Shown here piece by piece: positions 1 to 36,254 of a stretch of 64,000 nt of DNA. Origin of the DNA: Paraspadella gotoi (lineage: Eukaryota > Animalia > Chaetognatha). Under the pieces are notes generated by a model that ran no database searches, was not told the DNA's origin, and worked only from the letters and a program-made list of their open reading frames with translations. The stretch is taken from positions 27,614,568 to 27,678,567 of the forward strand of contig CM119263.1 of assembly GCA_051294375.1 (NCBI GenBank). The letters run 5' to 3'. The stretch's first letter is position 1, and every line of letters starts with the position of its first letter. The translations under genes and the position numbers were made by a program.

Positions 1-654
1 GTTTTGATTAAACGTGACAATAGGCGGAGACAAGTAGCTTTTAAAAAAATATTATAAAAAATATATTGGAGTTTTTTAAATGAGAGACTACTTTCAAAAC
101 CACTTTTTTCCGATCATTGACGAGTCAATGAAATTTAAATATAAAAATAATTTTGGTTTTTTCCTGCAAAAAAAATCTTTTAGATGGCGTGTTTTTTCTA
201 TCTGCGTGTTTCAGAGTGTCATCTTGAATGTTCATTTATAAAATAAATACTCGTTTCTCGTCACATTTCATACTAACAAGTTAATTGATTCTTGCTTAAA
301 AATTTGATACAAAAATCTTAGAAAAGTTCACGGAATGCGGGCACTCGTCAATCCTGTAACCGACTGTACTTTTTTTTTAAACTCCTTTTGTTTTTACAAT
401 AAACGTCGAAAGTTCAATCCCACTTTACAAATAAACAATTAACATTTTATCGGATTATGATTTCTGCCCAAGAATCGATTATCGAGTTAAGAGAGAGGCC
501 AGTCGAATTTTTCCTTTCGAAATTCCACTCCCCGGTTCTTTTTTCTTGTTTTCTTTGTTTCGGTTTTGTTTTATTTATCGATTGCGCATTTGTTTTTATC
601 CTTGACTCGATTTCGATCCCGAGGTCGGATCTTCAGGTGCGTCAACCAGTCTCA

Positions 655-685
<31 letters not shown>

Positions 686-1155
686 TGTAATCCCCGTCGG
701 CCGTCGCGGTCCAACGAATTCCGAATAAAAACCGTTTCGCTTTATTTTTTTAAATTTCCTTTTTTTTTTCTTTTCAAATCCTTTTTTCTTCGCTTTGACA
801 ATTTGAAATATAATATTTCCATCGAGTCACGCACGTTTTTTTTAATGACTCAAAATTCTCAAGGGGCTCTTTCCTCGTGGTTTTTTTAGATTTAGCGAGA
901 TTTTAAAAGCGAATCTATTTATAGAGTAAATGCGTAAAAAGAGTTCGTAGTAAAATTGAGATGAAAATTCCGCGCGAAGACGAGAAATCCGCAACAAAAT
1001 CCCGACAACGTAAACAATGGAAACAAAGGTTACGTCTCTCTAAATGAAAATAAATGAAATTCTTTTCCATTCGCGTTTCAAAGTTTTTTTTTAATCTTTT
1101 TGTCTTTTTCATTTTTTTTTTTTTTTTTGCCAAGATGAGAAGGACAGAAGAGATT

Positions 1156-1187
<32 letters not shown>

Positions 1188-1236
1188 CGAGAGAGAGAGA
1201 GAGAGAAGAGAGAGAAGAGGAGAGAGAGAGAGAGAG

Positions 1237-1710
1237 NNNNNNNNNNNNNNNNNNNNNNNNNNNNNNNNNNNNNNNNNNNNNNNNNNNNNNNNNNNNNNNN
1301 NNNNNNNNNNNNNNNNNNNNNNNNNNNNNNNNNNNNNNNNNNNNNNNNNNNNNNNNNNNNNNNNNNNNNNNNNNNNNNNNNNNNNNNNNNNNNNNNNNNN
1401 NNNNNNNNNNNNNNNNNNNNNNNNNNNNNNNNNNNNNNNNNNNNNNNNNNNNNNNNNNNNNNNNNNNNNNNNNNNNNNNNNNNNNNNNNNNNNNNNNNNN
1501 NNNNNNNNNNNNNNNNNNNNNNNNNNNNNNNNNNNNNNNNNNNNNNNNNNNNNNNNNNNNNNNNNNNNNNNNNNNNNNNNNNNNNNNNNNNNNNNNNNNN
1601 NNNNNNNNNNNNNNNNNNNNNNNNNNNNNNNNNNNNNNNNNNNNNNNNNNNNNNNNNNNNNNNNNNNNNNNNNNNNNNNNNNNNNNNNNNNNNNNNNNNN
1701 NNNNNNNNNN
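1237..1710. other. Assembly gap (further gaps at ~8429-8887 and several 10-25 N gaps)
   Basis: Runs of N. Confidence 0.99.
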
Positions 1711-2406
1711 GGCTTTTATTTAAGAATTTCTGCGCCTACTTAATTCGTAGCTCATCTTTTTTCTTGTTCCTTTTATTTTTATTCATAATTACTTTGAATA
1801 TTTGTTTTTTGATAGATATTCGTCTTTCGATCGATTGCGCCATCTTCCACAGCTTTTCCACACAGTTTCCGCTCGACGCAAACAAAAGACTCGTCGACTC
1901 TCGATTTCCTTCCGACGTAAAACTTCTTGTTTCGATCGAGTTAATCCAAAGACTCCATCCTCCAGTCATGTCGTCGTCGTCGTCGTCGTCGTCGTCNNNN
2001 NNNNNNGTTTCGTCATCGACTCCGCTCCATTCACGCCTTGTTTGTTCTTCATCATCTCCTTCCTCTCCGCCGCCGCCGCTGCCGCCGCGGCTTCAGCCGC
2101 CGACGCAGCCGCCTCCCCGTTATCATCGCCATAATCATGTCCGCGCAAAGAATCTTTTGGTTTTCTTCCTTCCAAATCTCATGCTCGACAAATATTGAGG
2201 AGGAAAAGAAGGGAAAGCGTCTTACATTCGGCGGCAGAATTCGTCTTTGTTTCGCGGAGTGTCTCGCTCACTGTCTGAGTATAAAGAGAGAGTGAGAGTT
2301 CAACTCGCTCTCGTGATGGAGATGTTTGCCCTGATTTTCGACCGATAATCCTGGTCAAGTATTTTTCGATAGTGAGAAGCGCTCTCTCTCTCTGTTGCGT
2401 TCTCTC

Positions 2407-2512
<106 letters not shown>

Positions 2513-5500
2513 GCTAATCTGTCCCGCTAAATTCGGGTCATTTCTTCATCATCGTCATCGCAACGGAAAGACGCCGGACGCCGGTTATCATCGATAAATC
2601 CTGAGACGGGGCGAAGATAAATTCGCAGATCTCGGTTCACTTTCTCGATCTTCCGGTTCTCGGCTCTCGGCTCTTATCTCTCGGCTCTGGGCTCTCGGCT
2701 CTCAAGTTCGGGCGGATTGGCCACACGTAAAATCTGGAGTAGAAATTTCCGGCTTTGAATCTAAGAAAAGGATTTTGAATCGAGGAAAGCGGAATCCGGG
2801 CGCGGGGCCCGCAAGGCTGATGGCAGTGCCGTGGAGAAAAGACACGATATAAATTATGATCTTAAATAAAAAAAATTAATTTATGTCGTCAATATATCAA
2901 TGTTTTCCTTTCAATGTTTGCCTAAAAAAATTGCCAATTTTCCATTGTCATTGGTGCCATCGGTGTGGAAATTATTTTTGGTTTTAATTCGCTCGACTTT
3001 TTCAAAAAGTCGATCGATTTCCCAGCCTCGTTTTCGTTACTTTCGCTTTTCGTCGTCGTTTTGGGAGTAGGGCGTTGCACGATGGGAGATTAAAGCCCGG
3101 GGTGGTGATGCACGAGGGAAGATTGGCGTGTCCTTATTGGGTTGCAAGATAGCAGACCTAAGGGTGGCAACCGGCAAAATGATTAAAGGTCCGTGTTGGC
3201 CTTCTGGGTTCTGAGAAATGAGGAGAGTTGTAGAAGGTTTGGCAAGATGACGTGACAAGCTGGTGCGAACTTCGCGAAGGGGGTCTTTAACTTTTCATAG
3301 TAGGGAGAGAGGTTATATAGATCGGGTCTAGAGGCGGAGAGACGACTATCTCGGTGAGCGCAGGGCGTCGAGTTTAGTAACGTCGCGATTGTTCTTTGGT
3401 GGTATGCAGATATACATGCATGCTTGGGAGGTGTATGTGTCGTCGTCGTCGTCAGTGGGAGGTAGCGGTCGTCACGGACGCGAAGGGAAGAAGAGGAAAT
3501 TCGATAAGCTTTTTTGGTCTATTTTCTGTGCCTGATTACTGTCTTAAAATATATGAAGATGAGAATCGATTGGAAGAGCGCGCCCTAGTAAACTAAATAA
3601 TAAATTATAAACACACTTACAGTGCGCAAGTTGGAAGCTCCAAAACATTTATCTTATTATATTGTTTCTTAGGAATCTGTGTAGAAATATCGATTGATTA
3701 TGGATTGTTATTGTGTGTTTTATTCTTTGAAAAACAAACTTCGAGTTTTTCTGTGACTTCTCTATAATTAAGTATTTCTATTTTCTATCGATATCGTAAA
3801 ATTTTGTTTAATTCTTGATCGCTCTCGTATTTGTTCAAATCGAGTGAATAAAATATATTTATCGCTGTGGGTCATCATATGGAGAATGTCAGTGGATATG
3901 TTCTATGTGTCAGTGCGGACTAATAGAAGCGGACTATAATAGATGAGGAAGAACAAAAAGAAAAGTCGTGGACCTTTTATTCACGTTTGAAAAAATTCAG
4001 AACGAATCGTCGGGGTGAGAGGGTGCGGGAAGCGACATGTTTACGCCTCTTCAGTTAATCATTCATTTGTCGTACTTTGCATTGTTTTTTTCATACCCTT
4101 TGCCTGTTTATTTTTTAAAGTTGAGGAAACTTACCATTTTTTATTACATTTTTCTATATTCTAATTTTGCATCTGCTTTTTTCGGCGAAGCCAATATAAC
4201 CACGCATTATTCTCTCTCTCTCTCTCTCTCTCTCTCTTCCTCTCTCTCTCTCTCTCTGCATCATGTCTCGGTCTTCTTCGATCTTCTCGTGAACCTCTCT
4301 CTCATATCGGTTATCATCTCGACTCTCTCATCTCTTCTCGATATCTCATCGATTCTCTGCTTCATTCTACTCTCTCTCCTCTTCTCCTTTCTCCTTCTTC
4401 TAGTCCTCATCTCTCTGAAATCATAATATCAAGGCTATGTTATGCGCAGAGCGACATTGCAACGCTAAGACCGGANNNNNNNNNNNNNNNNNNNNNNNNN
4501 CCTTGTTTTCGCTAAAAGAGATATATTGATTAATTTGTATAATTCGCCTCACCCAAATTTTAACAACCTTGGGATCGAGTTTTGGAATAGTTTTTAATTT
4601 TTGCAGAAATGAAATATTTAAATTTTATTAGTATGTAGACGCGTCCCTTTTTGATTGTGCGTTTTTTTTCTGGTTGAAAAGTGATTTAATTATTTCACTC
4701 CGTATTTATTTTTTTTTTAGACATAACTTAAGGTGGTATCTCTATTTTAAACATTGGAAAAAAAGCGAAGTTTTTCTTTGTTTATATATTAGATATAAGT
4801 AAATGATTCTCTGGTGGAAATATTCTCGATCTGCCGACGGGCTTTTGATATTTATACTTCGTTGCTATTTATTCTATCTTATTTACTATTAGAATAAGTA
4901 ATCTGTAATGTTTAATCGGTGTTTTTTTATATTTTTTACTTATATGAAAAAACGTTTGCCAGTTTTTTTATTAAAAAAAGATATATTATAATTTCTTATA
5001 TTTACACTTGAAAAAAAATCGTATATTCTGTCTTATTTTTTTAACAGTTTTCATTATTCTTTAGTGCTGGTATATAAAATAGTTCTGAATGGGTTTTCTG
5101 GTTTGTAAGTGTGTAACAGCTTCAATTTTTAAAATTGTATTTATTAAAATAGAAAGAAGTAAGAAAAGAGAAAAGCTACATAAATATAATAAGATAAAAG
5201 AGACGATTGAAGACGAGGAGACATAATTAAATAACAAGAAGAGAATAGGTTATATTTGTTTTTTGTTTTGATAATAGATATTTATACTAACTGTCTTCAC
5301 CATATGGTATCTCAAATGTGTAAAGGAAAAGTAAAAATAATTATTTAAATTATCGAAAAATGTGATGTGATATTTAAAATAGTTTTTTCCATATTTTCCA
5401 CTACTTCATATCAAAATATCGAAAAAATTAATTTACTTTGTGTGTAGACAACCTTTTTGCAAGCTACTGAATCTGATCTTAAAAATAAAAAAATTTTAAA

Positions 5501-5810
5501 AAAAATTTTCCTTCTTATTTATAAATAAATATTTAAAAATTTAATATGGGTTTATGAGAAGTAATTAAAAAAAAATAAATTTGTTCTTCAAATTTTTTTT
5601 TTAAAAAGTTGTCTAGAATTTTGTGAAGCACAGCTGCTAGGCCTAATGTTGCATATTTCCTTAACGCAGTCTTGAGTTGTACCCTGAATGAATTCAATAA
5701 TTGGTGTTTTACTTTATTACTTAATTTTTTCGTTTGCTAACTTACTTTCTTTCTTTCTTTCTTTTCTTTTTTCTTCCTTTCTTCTTAATTCTCTCTCTCT
5801 TCTCTCTTTC

Positions 5811-5843
<33 letters not shown>

Positions 5844-5964
5844 TAAATATTTTGCATAAATCATCATTTTTTTTTTCAAAAAATTAAAAGAAATCTCAGA
5901 TACGTCAATAACCCTTCCAATTTGTTCTTATTGTACTTTAAAAAACAAATATTCTCTTCTCTCT

Positions 5965-6031
<67 letters not shown>

Positions 6032-6225
6032 TCCTCTCATCTCTTACTCTCTCTCTTTCTCATCTTTCTCTCCCTCTCTTCTCTAAAGAAAACGAATAAC
6101 CGTTAAATTTAAATGAAGACCCGACTTCTTGTAGACGAAGAGCGAGGGCAACGAGAGGGCACAATAAATAAAAAGCGAAGAGGAAGAGGAGAGAACGGAG
6201 TAAAAAAATCACATGAATTCTTCAG

Positions 6226-21853
<15,628 letters not shown>

Positions 21854-22410
21854 TTTGAAGACATTCCCCCCCCCCTTATATTCTTTTTTTTTTTCTTGGT
21901 CCATCCCGAAACTATTCAGACCTGCTATAACGGAAATAATGCATTGAAATACCCGTGCCAAATTTCTCAAATCTTCTGCGTTATTGTTTTGTGATATAAA
22001 TATAAATAAACCTCTACTTTCGATATGATGTTCGTTTTCAAAATTCACCCGCTTTCTCAATGACTTGATTTATGATGTAGTTTTTCCCTCCTGATTTCTC
22101 AATGTTAATGCCTTCAATAAACTCGATCGTGTATTACTCAGTTTTCAATTGCGTAACTAAGAGACCACTTTGCTTTCAGCCTCTGATATTAGGCTTTAAA
22201 ACTATGTTTATGTAGCTATATAAGTTAGACTACCTCTAACTTAAGAGCTAGGATAGCTTTCGTCTTAAGAGGTCCTTTAAAAATGAGGGAGAAAAAATAG
22301 TGCAAGTTTGTTTAAACAAATTTGTCATTTTGATGCCAATCGTAAGGTGCATGATTGAAAGGACGGGGGAAAAAAAAAGTGCAACACTTTTTTACAATTG
22401 CATGCTTTAA

Positions 22411-23510
22411 GGTCCGGGATCACTCAATTCAAATTATAATTAGGGCTAAAACCGAACTCGGATTTCGAAAGGAGAGCTCCTGACGATTCCGAAAATGTAT
22501 TCACTTTACTATTTTTTCAAAGCGTATCGTTTTTTTTTGATTTTTTTTGTACTATATAAATAAAAGAAAAACCTATTTAAAGAGTTGCAGCCCAAACGGT
22601 AAGGCGGTTTCTAATAAAATTTGGGATGAATTACCTTTAGGTGACCAACTCCAATTCTATGAAAAGATACTTTCAAAATTTGCCTTCCTTCATAGAAAAT
22701 TTGATTATTTTAGTCAATTTTGAGATTAATTCCTTTATATCTTTGAAAGAAAAAACGTTTTTCAAAAAAAGCGCTCATAATCTCCCCCACCTTTCTTTTC
22801 TTGCCCTAGATATTTTTTTCTAGAAGATTAGTCCAACGGTTTGAGCTGCAACTCTTCGTTTTCAACTTCTTTTCGTCAAGAAAGTTAAATTCGTACTCAT
22901 TACTCTTGCAAGATTCAACACAACATACACAAACATGGGATGTGATGATGGAGTTTGTTCAACGCCGATGTCTTAAAAAAACGGCTTACTGTTTTTAATT
23001 TTTTTAATCCAGATTTAATATTTTTTTTCAGTAATTCCCTAGAAAATAGGTCAACTATTTTATGATATAAGCATTTACATAAAGTAAAAAGCCAAATTGA
23101 AATTAATTTGATAAGTTTTTTAACTAATAAAACTCATAAAACCATAAAAACCGTCTGGAAAATGTGTAGAGTAGTTTATTTTAGACTTATTAGTGATACA
23201 ACTTCAAGTACGTACTTGCATCAAAAGAAGAATTAAATATAAGAAGTAGAAATTGAACTTACTGTAAAGAATCAGTTTTAAGTTAAAAATTTTGTCATCG
23301 AATTTTAGCTTACCTTTAAAAAAATATTTTTCTCTTTAAAATCTAGTTTTACTGAGAAAAAAAATTTGTTTAAATTTTATGAACATTTTAAGTAGATTTT
23401 TAAAAGTTTTCGATTATTTTTTAATGGAAAATCTCTTACAGGATGCAAGAAAATGATTAAGATACAGTAAATTGAGATTTCTACAATTTTAGGTTGAGTG
23501 ATCCCTGGCC
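22411..23510. mobile_element. Non-autonomous DNA transposon with TTAA target duplication and GG..CC ends (Kolobok-like)
   Basis: TTAA|GGTCCGGGATCACTCAA at the left and TTGAGTGATCCCTGGCC|TTAA at the right (17-bp TIR, 2 mismatches). No ORF. Internal ~21-bp inverted repeat at ~22580-22600 / 22836-22856. Confidence 0.8.
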
Positions 23511-23936
23511 TTAAGCCGAATTTTTCGAGAACTTAGTTATTTAAGAATTTGTATAATTTTTTTGGTTCAGCTTAAATTTTAAATACTTCATTGCGGCTTA
23601 TGACTAACTAATGAAACCGTAGCTCCTTGGTCATTGATTAACCACCATTTTCGTTGCATTGGGATCGCTTTCAGCTGACAAGCTGACGACAAATTCGTTT
23701 GAACAAGCTAATGAAGCCGATATCACTTTTCAGTTTTCACTCTTTAGCAATTCATACATACTTCGTCGCCTATACTATTTCATCACTGTCAATTAGATTT
23801 TTTTAATTAAGATTCAGTATATATATACATACAGCGAATAAAAACAAATGTCTTTAAAATGGTAGACAAATATAGAGTATAAATTGTACAACGAAAAAAA
23901 ACAATAAAAAATAAAAAGGTAAAAATCTATCCATGA

Positions 23937-25791
23937 TTACGATCGTCGAGATTGATACGATTGTTGTCTCTGGTTTTCCGTTTTCGAACAATCTTGTTTG
24001 TCGCCACCCAAGTTCCACAAATTGGAAGGTTCAACTTTCCAAGAAACATCCGCGGACGAACCATAAAGTCCTGAAAACACAACCTTATGAAATTGAGTGT
24101 ATAATTTTAAAGAAGTCGAATTACAGATGGACATTTTGGACCTCTAAACGTACCACGGGGTAAATTTCTGGGCGAAGAATTATCATAACGGATTTCTTGG
24201 CCGCGATGGCTTTCTCGCCTCTAGCAAAACAAAATATATAGTTAACGTAGTAAAAACCGTATTACTTTAAAAAAAAATTTAATATACCATTTCTATGACA
24301 TTATTTCTACTTGAAAAGTCACAAGCGTTCCACTCTCGCTGAGAGGCTTGCTTAAAGACTCCAACATCGTAGACGGTAGCAATATGCTCCAGAATGTTTT
24401 GGAATGGATGGTTACCATATTTCTGGCGCCACTTTTTCTCAGCCACTTGCATGGTTGATAGATAGTTCTCGCATTCCATACCTTGAATTAGTTATCAATG
24501 AATAAAAAAATTAAATCAAATCATTTTAAGGCTTAAATATAATTTTAACTATTACTACAGTTAATTTTAAATAAAAGTTAAAGAATAGTCTGAAGATTAC
24601 CATTAATGGTCAGTTTTAAAGGATCTGTCCAACCAGTGACAGCACCTGGCCCACCGACAACAAATTCCTTCATCATTGAACCGCAAACTTCCCTTATAAG
24701 GCAATAAGCGTAAACAAGGAATTCCATGCCACATCCAGTTTCTTCGACCACAAAAGCCATCGGCGCTCCTATGTATTTATTTTTAATACGCAAATAAGTT
24801 TGAATTTTTTGAATATATTTGTTCCTTACCTTTTGCCCACCAGTATATTATTTCTATGAAGGAAGCTAAGGTGACAAAAAATGGACGATCGAAGAACGAG
24901 CCACTTCTCATATGAACGGTGATTGAGCAAGACCGTCTATTAAAAAATGCATATATTTTATTGATTGATAATAATAAAAATAAACCAGATAAAAGCTAGG
25001 CCTCGGTGAGTATTTTAAAGAAGGAAACTTGCTACAAATTAATTGTCACTACAAGGGTACCTAGCACTTCACAGCACTTTTCGAAATATATATGATTTTT
25101 TGACGCTGTTTTCTGAAATTTTATAAAAAAATCCGACACTTACCGTTGACATCGCCAATGATATCTATCAACAGTTTTCCAACTCGAAGGCGTCGTTGTT
25201 TCCCAAGTCATTGGAGAAGTACACTTAGGGCATGAGAAATTTTTCGCCAAGAGATTCATCTGAAAAAAAAAGTTAAATATCACGTTTTTGTTAAAAAAAA
25301 GAAAGAAAGTCAGAACGTCGTCCGCTTTACTATGAATAAAATTGCAAAGGTTACTTGTACCTCTTTCAGCCAACAGACTAGTACTTCATTATTTTGCATA
25401 AGCGCTTGCACCAACTCGGTGTGGTTCCATGTAGCCGGAGATCCTTGGACGCCGTTGCAGAGCGGAGGCGAGGGCGAGATCGATCGTAGGCTCGAGTTGA
25501 TATCGAAGACTTGACCGGGAAACGGCGGCGGCGGCGGTTGGGAAAACTGAGTGGCCTGCTTGCTTTCGCGGAAGACCCCGAATCTTTGACCCACCGGCGA
25601 ACCGTTGGACACCGAACTAGTTTCGCTCGAATTTCCTGGGATGATACATAAGTTCTAATTTTTACCGGGTCGTATTTTTGACTAAATTCTGAATTTAATT
25701 TTTTTTAGTGATAGAATTTACCTTGCGGGGATGTCGAATGCGGTCGGCTTGCGCCGTCCGATCCGTAAGAAGAAGACAAAACCGATGACAT
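23937..25791 (-). CDS. Merlin/IS1595 (ISXO2-like) transposase-derived gene with zinc ribbon retained and DDE core absent, 8 exons
   Basis: Exons 25791-25722, 25635-25361, 25259-25144, 24936-24830, 24768-~24601, 24481-24288, 24220-24154, 24070-23937. Motifs WLKEMNLL...CPKC...DRYHWRC..RSC...RSGSFF; IIYWWA; IREVC...VGGPG; then directly YLS...WRQKYGNHPFQNILEHIATVY, the Merlin C-terminal signature. Confidence 0.8.
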
Positions 25792-26521
25792 GATCGTTAT
25801 TAATTTACTTTTATGGAGACAAATTTAGGTGCTGTGGAAATGAAAAATTTAAGCCTCACCTTATCTTACCTTACCTTACCTAGTAGCATGTGAGACCTAT
25901 TTTCAAGTGAGACAAAAGACGTCTCTTCTCATCGATCGGAATGAGTAAAAATTCCATTTCCATTTAGAAGATTTTAATTAGTCAATCTGGATTGAACTCA
26001 CTCCAGCTTATCAATTGTAACTTCCGTTATAATAAATCCGTATCCCAAAACCTCGTTCTCTTTTTGTCTCTACTCTATCTCTGTTCGAGTCAAATTGAAT
26101 TTAAATTAAGCCGCCGCCATTCTCCCCGAGTAAATAGAAAAAGCAGAAGTCGAAATCCTCCATTACTGATCAGGCCGCGGTCCATGATATCCGCCCAGCC
26201 GATGCCTGATAATCACGGATAAGACCTCTTTATTATTTTATCGCTGTATATTTTGAATGTTTCTTGATTATTTTAATTTATTTGGCCTTTATAACTGCAA
26301 ATCCATAGTAGTTTATTATTTGTTCGTTTTATTATGGTCGATATAGCTTTTTGCCGGTTTTGCGAGAATTAACTTTGGTCAAATAAAAAATATCAATCGC
26401 TAACTAGACTTTAATTTACACTTCCCAGTTACCATACATCGTAGCTTCCCTTCGTCGTCGCTCGTTTTATCGTTGGAAACTTAATTTTAAATTTAAATTT
26501 GAATCCAATTGGCGAGAAAAC
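25792..26521. promoter_or_regulatory. Probable bidirectional promoter between the Merlin-derived gene and Rab GDI
   Basis: Inferred from divergent start codons 730 bp apart; no specific motif claimed. Confidence 0.45.
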
Positions 26522-27926
26522 ATGGATGAGACCTACGACGCGATCGTGCTGGGCACAGGGCTCAAGGAGTGCATTTTGAGCGGCCTACTGTCCGTCAGCA
26601 AGAAGAAGGTCTTGCATATGGACAGAAACGACCACTACGGCGGGGCGTCCGCCAGCATCACCCCGCTAGAAGAACTCTTCAAAATGTATAAAGGGGGAGA
26701 GGTTCCTGGTAAGAGATTCGAAGTTGTGGTGCTAATAGCCTAATCGTCGCTTTGCCTTTCACTACACTTTTGACACGCCATTTTATTCAGAGAGCTTGGG
26801 ACGTGGGCGCGACTGGAACGTGGATTTGATTCCAAAGTTCCTCATGGCCGACGGGCAACTGGTCCAGTTGCTTATTCACACCAAAGTCACTCGCTACCTC
26901 GAATTCAAGGTCATCGATGGAAGCTACGTGTACAAAGGAGGTTCGCTGTACAAAGTCCCCTCGACGGAGGCGGAGGCCCTCTCTTCTTCCCTGATGGGTA
27001 TTTTCGAAAAGAGACGATTCAAGAATTTTCTTGCCTTCTGCAACGACTACAGCAAGGATAACCCGGAGACCTGGAAGGGCATCGACCCTAATGTGACCAC
27101 CATGGCCCAGGTTTACAAGAAGTACGGCCTCGATCAAAACACGGCCGATTTCGTTGGTCACGCCATCTGTCTCTACACCAACGACGAATACATAAACCAG
27201 CCTTGCGGAGAAACCCTCAACCGTGTTCTCCTTTACGTGAGCTCGCTGGCACGTTACGGCAAAAGCCCCTACCTTTATCCGCTTTACGGATTGGGCGAGC
27301 TCCCGCAGGGTTTCGCCCGCTTGGCGGCCATTTACGGCGGAACCTACATGTTGAACAAACCCTTTGATGGTTTCGTCTACGGAGATGACGGCAAAGTTTG
27401 CGGCGTCAAGTCAGAGGGTGAGGTGGCCAAAGCCTCGATGGTCATTTGCGATCCCTCCTACGCCTCGGACAAGTGCAAAAAAGTCGGACAGGTCGTGCGC
27501 GCCATCTGCATCTTGAATCACCCGATCGCCAACTTGAAGAACGAGAACTCTGTCCAGATCATCATCCCGCAGAACCAGGTTGGCAGGAAGAACGACATCT
27601 ATGTCTGCTCTATCTCCGGCGCCCATCAAGTGACGGCCAAGGGGTTTTACCTGGCCATCGTCTCCACTATCGTGGAGACGGCGAATCCCGAGTCGGAGCT
27701 CAGACCGGGCCTCGACCTCCTCGGAGGCGTAGTCAAAATGTTCACGGAAATCAGCGACCTCGAGGTTCCCGTGGACGACGGCAAGGCTTCCAACGTCTTC
27801 ATCTCCAAGTCGTACGACGCCTCCACTCACTTCGAATCCACGTGCAAGGACGTCCTCGACATTTACGAACGCATCATGGGGGAGCCTTTTGACTTTTCCC
27901 AGGTGCAACACGACGACGACAATTAG
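26522..27926 (+). CDS. GDI: Rab GDP dissociation inhibitor
   Basis: Exons 26522-26708 and 26791-27926. [21 protein letters not shown]...[10 protein letters not shown]; [19 protein letters not shown]; [30 protein letters not shown]; SYDASTHFE. Confidence 0.98.
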
Positions 27927-28479
27927 AGAAAGGAGCTTCTATTTTTTTCGCGACGGCGTTTACCGCCGTTTCCGTCTTTAATTTAAGTAAAACATAGTCA
28001 ATTGTTTTTTTTTTTAACGTATACAACTAAATCGTGTTAGTGAAATATTATTTAAGACTCTTGAATAACTCACCAAACCTACAAATTCTAGTTGTTCACA
28101 GTTTTAAATGGTCATATTACGGCTCTTTGAAATTAAATCGTGCCATCTCCCCTTTTATAACTTACCTTTTCCTAAAAACAGCCATTCCAGAGTGTGTTCG
28201 CCTCTTTAATTTTTTTTACGAGCCGCAACGATACTCGTCTAGTATTGTCACTTATGCTTATCACCTTTCGTTTAAAAAAGTGTATTATTATGTGTTTTAT
28301 TTTTTTTTAATTTTCAAATTTGTATTTGTATTTTGGTGAAAGTTTTCTCTTTCTGGGTTTAGCAAAGCTAAAAATTAATGAACGTGGGTAAATTTCGCAA
28401 TGGCTTGTAGCGGACTTGATTTTATTTTAATTTCAGAAACAGTTTTATTTTGATAAAAAATAGCTTATAAACTAAAACG

Positions 28480-35301
<6,822 letters not shown>

Positions 35302-36254
35302 AGCCGCCGTCGTGATCCCTGATCAGTTGTTGTTTTTCCTTCAAATTTAGTTATGGATACTAGTCCAATCTTGTTGTTTCATTTTTCTATATTTAACTTG
35401 CTCTCTCGATTTGCATTTCCGCATTTTTCGTTATTGCTAAGATCTAAAAAAATTTAAAAAACTTAAAAAATCTCATTCTAGTTATTTGAAATGTGTTGTT
35501 GAAATAAAACGTTTTCTTTTATTTTTCGAATTAAAATACAGTGCATTTCTAAATAAGTGACTTATCTTTTTGTTTATTTTATGAGTTACGCCTGTTAAGG
35601 GATTTTTGTTACTACGTGCCCACGTTGCTATAAGGTCATCTAAAGCAGACTAAAGCATAATGAATTAATTGAAACAATGAACTGCGAAGATGGACGAACA
35701 GCGAATGGTTTTGTAATACGTTTACAACGCATCCGAGATGAATTATTTTGTTTTCAAACCAGCGAAGGTTTTAACTTTGACTACGTCGAAAAATGTGGAA
35801 ATAAAATGTTCGTAAACCAGTTCCACTCCTGATTTCGGCCCTCTTTGTAGTTTCAAAACTCGGTAATGATATACGTGAAAGGAAAAATAACCGACCGGTT
35901 CGGTTCCAGTCGGCGAAAGTAAGTGCCTTAAGTTCAATCATGGTATATTTTTTTTAGACTAAAAGAAAAAAAAGTTATGCCTTTCGTGATTTATTATATT
36001 ATTTTTTTTGTGAGATTGTACTTTGATACGGGCCAGATTGAAAATCAAAAAAGTGTTGATGAAGCTGTTTCTTGTTTTGAGTTTCATTTTTTTAAATCGT
36101 CAAAGAATAAATATGATTCGAATTTTGGTTTCTTTAATTCTTCTACTTTGTAAGTCGTTTTTTCTTTTAAACTGTAATCTCATCACAGAAAAAATGTATT
36201 TAATCAATGCATTTTTAGGTTGTTTGACTTAAAACATTTAATTTCATCTATTAG

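Noticed and set aside
23933-24163. + strand ORF beginning MITIVEIDT, resembling the missing Merlin VEIDE motif
   Set aside because: Wrong strand and position, antisense to the last exon, and the rest has no DDE-domain similarity; judged coincidental.
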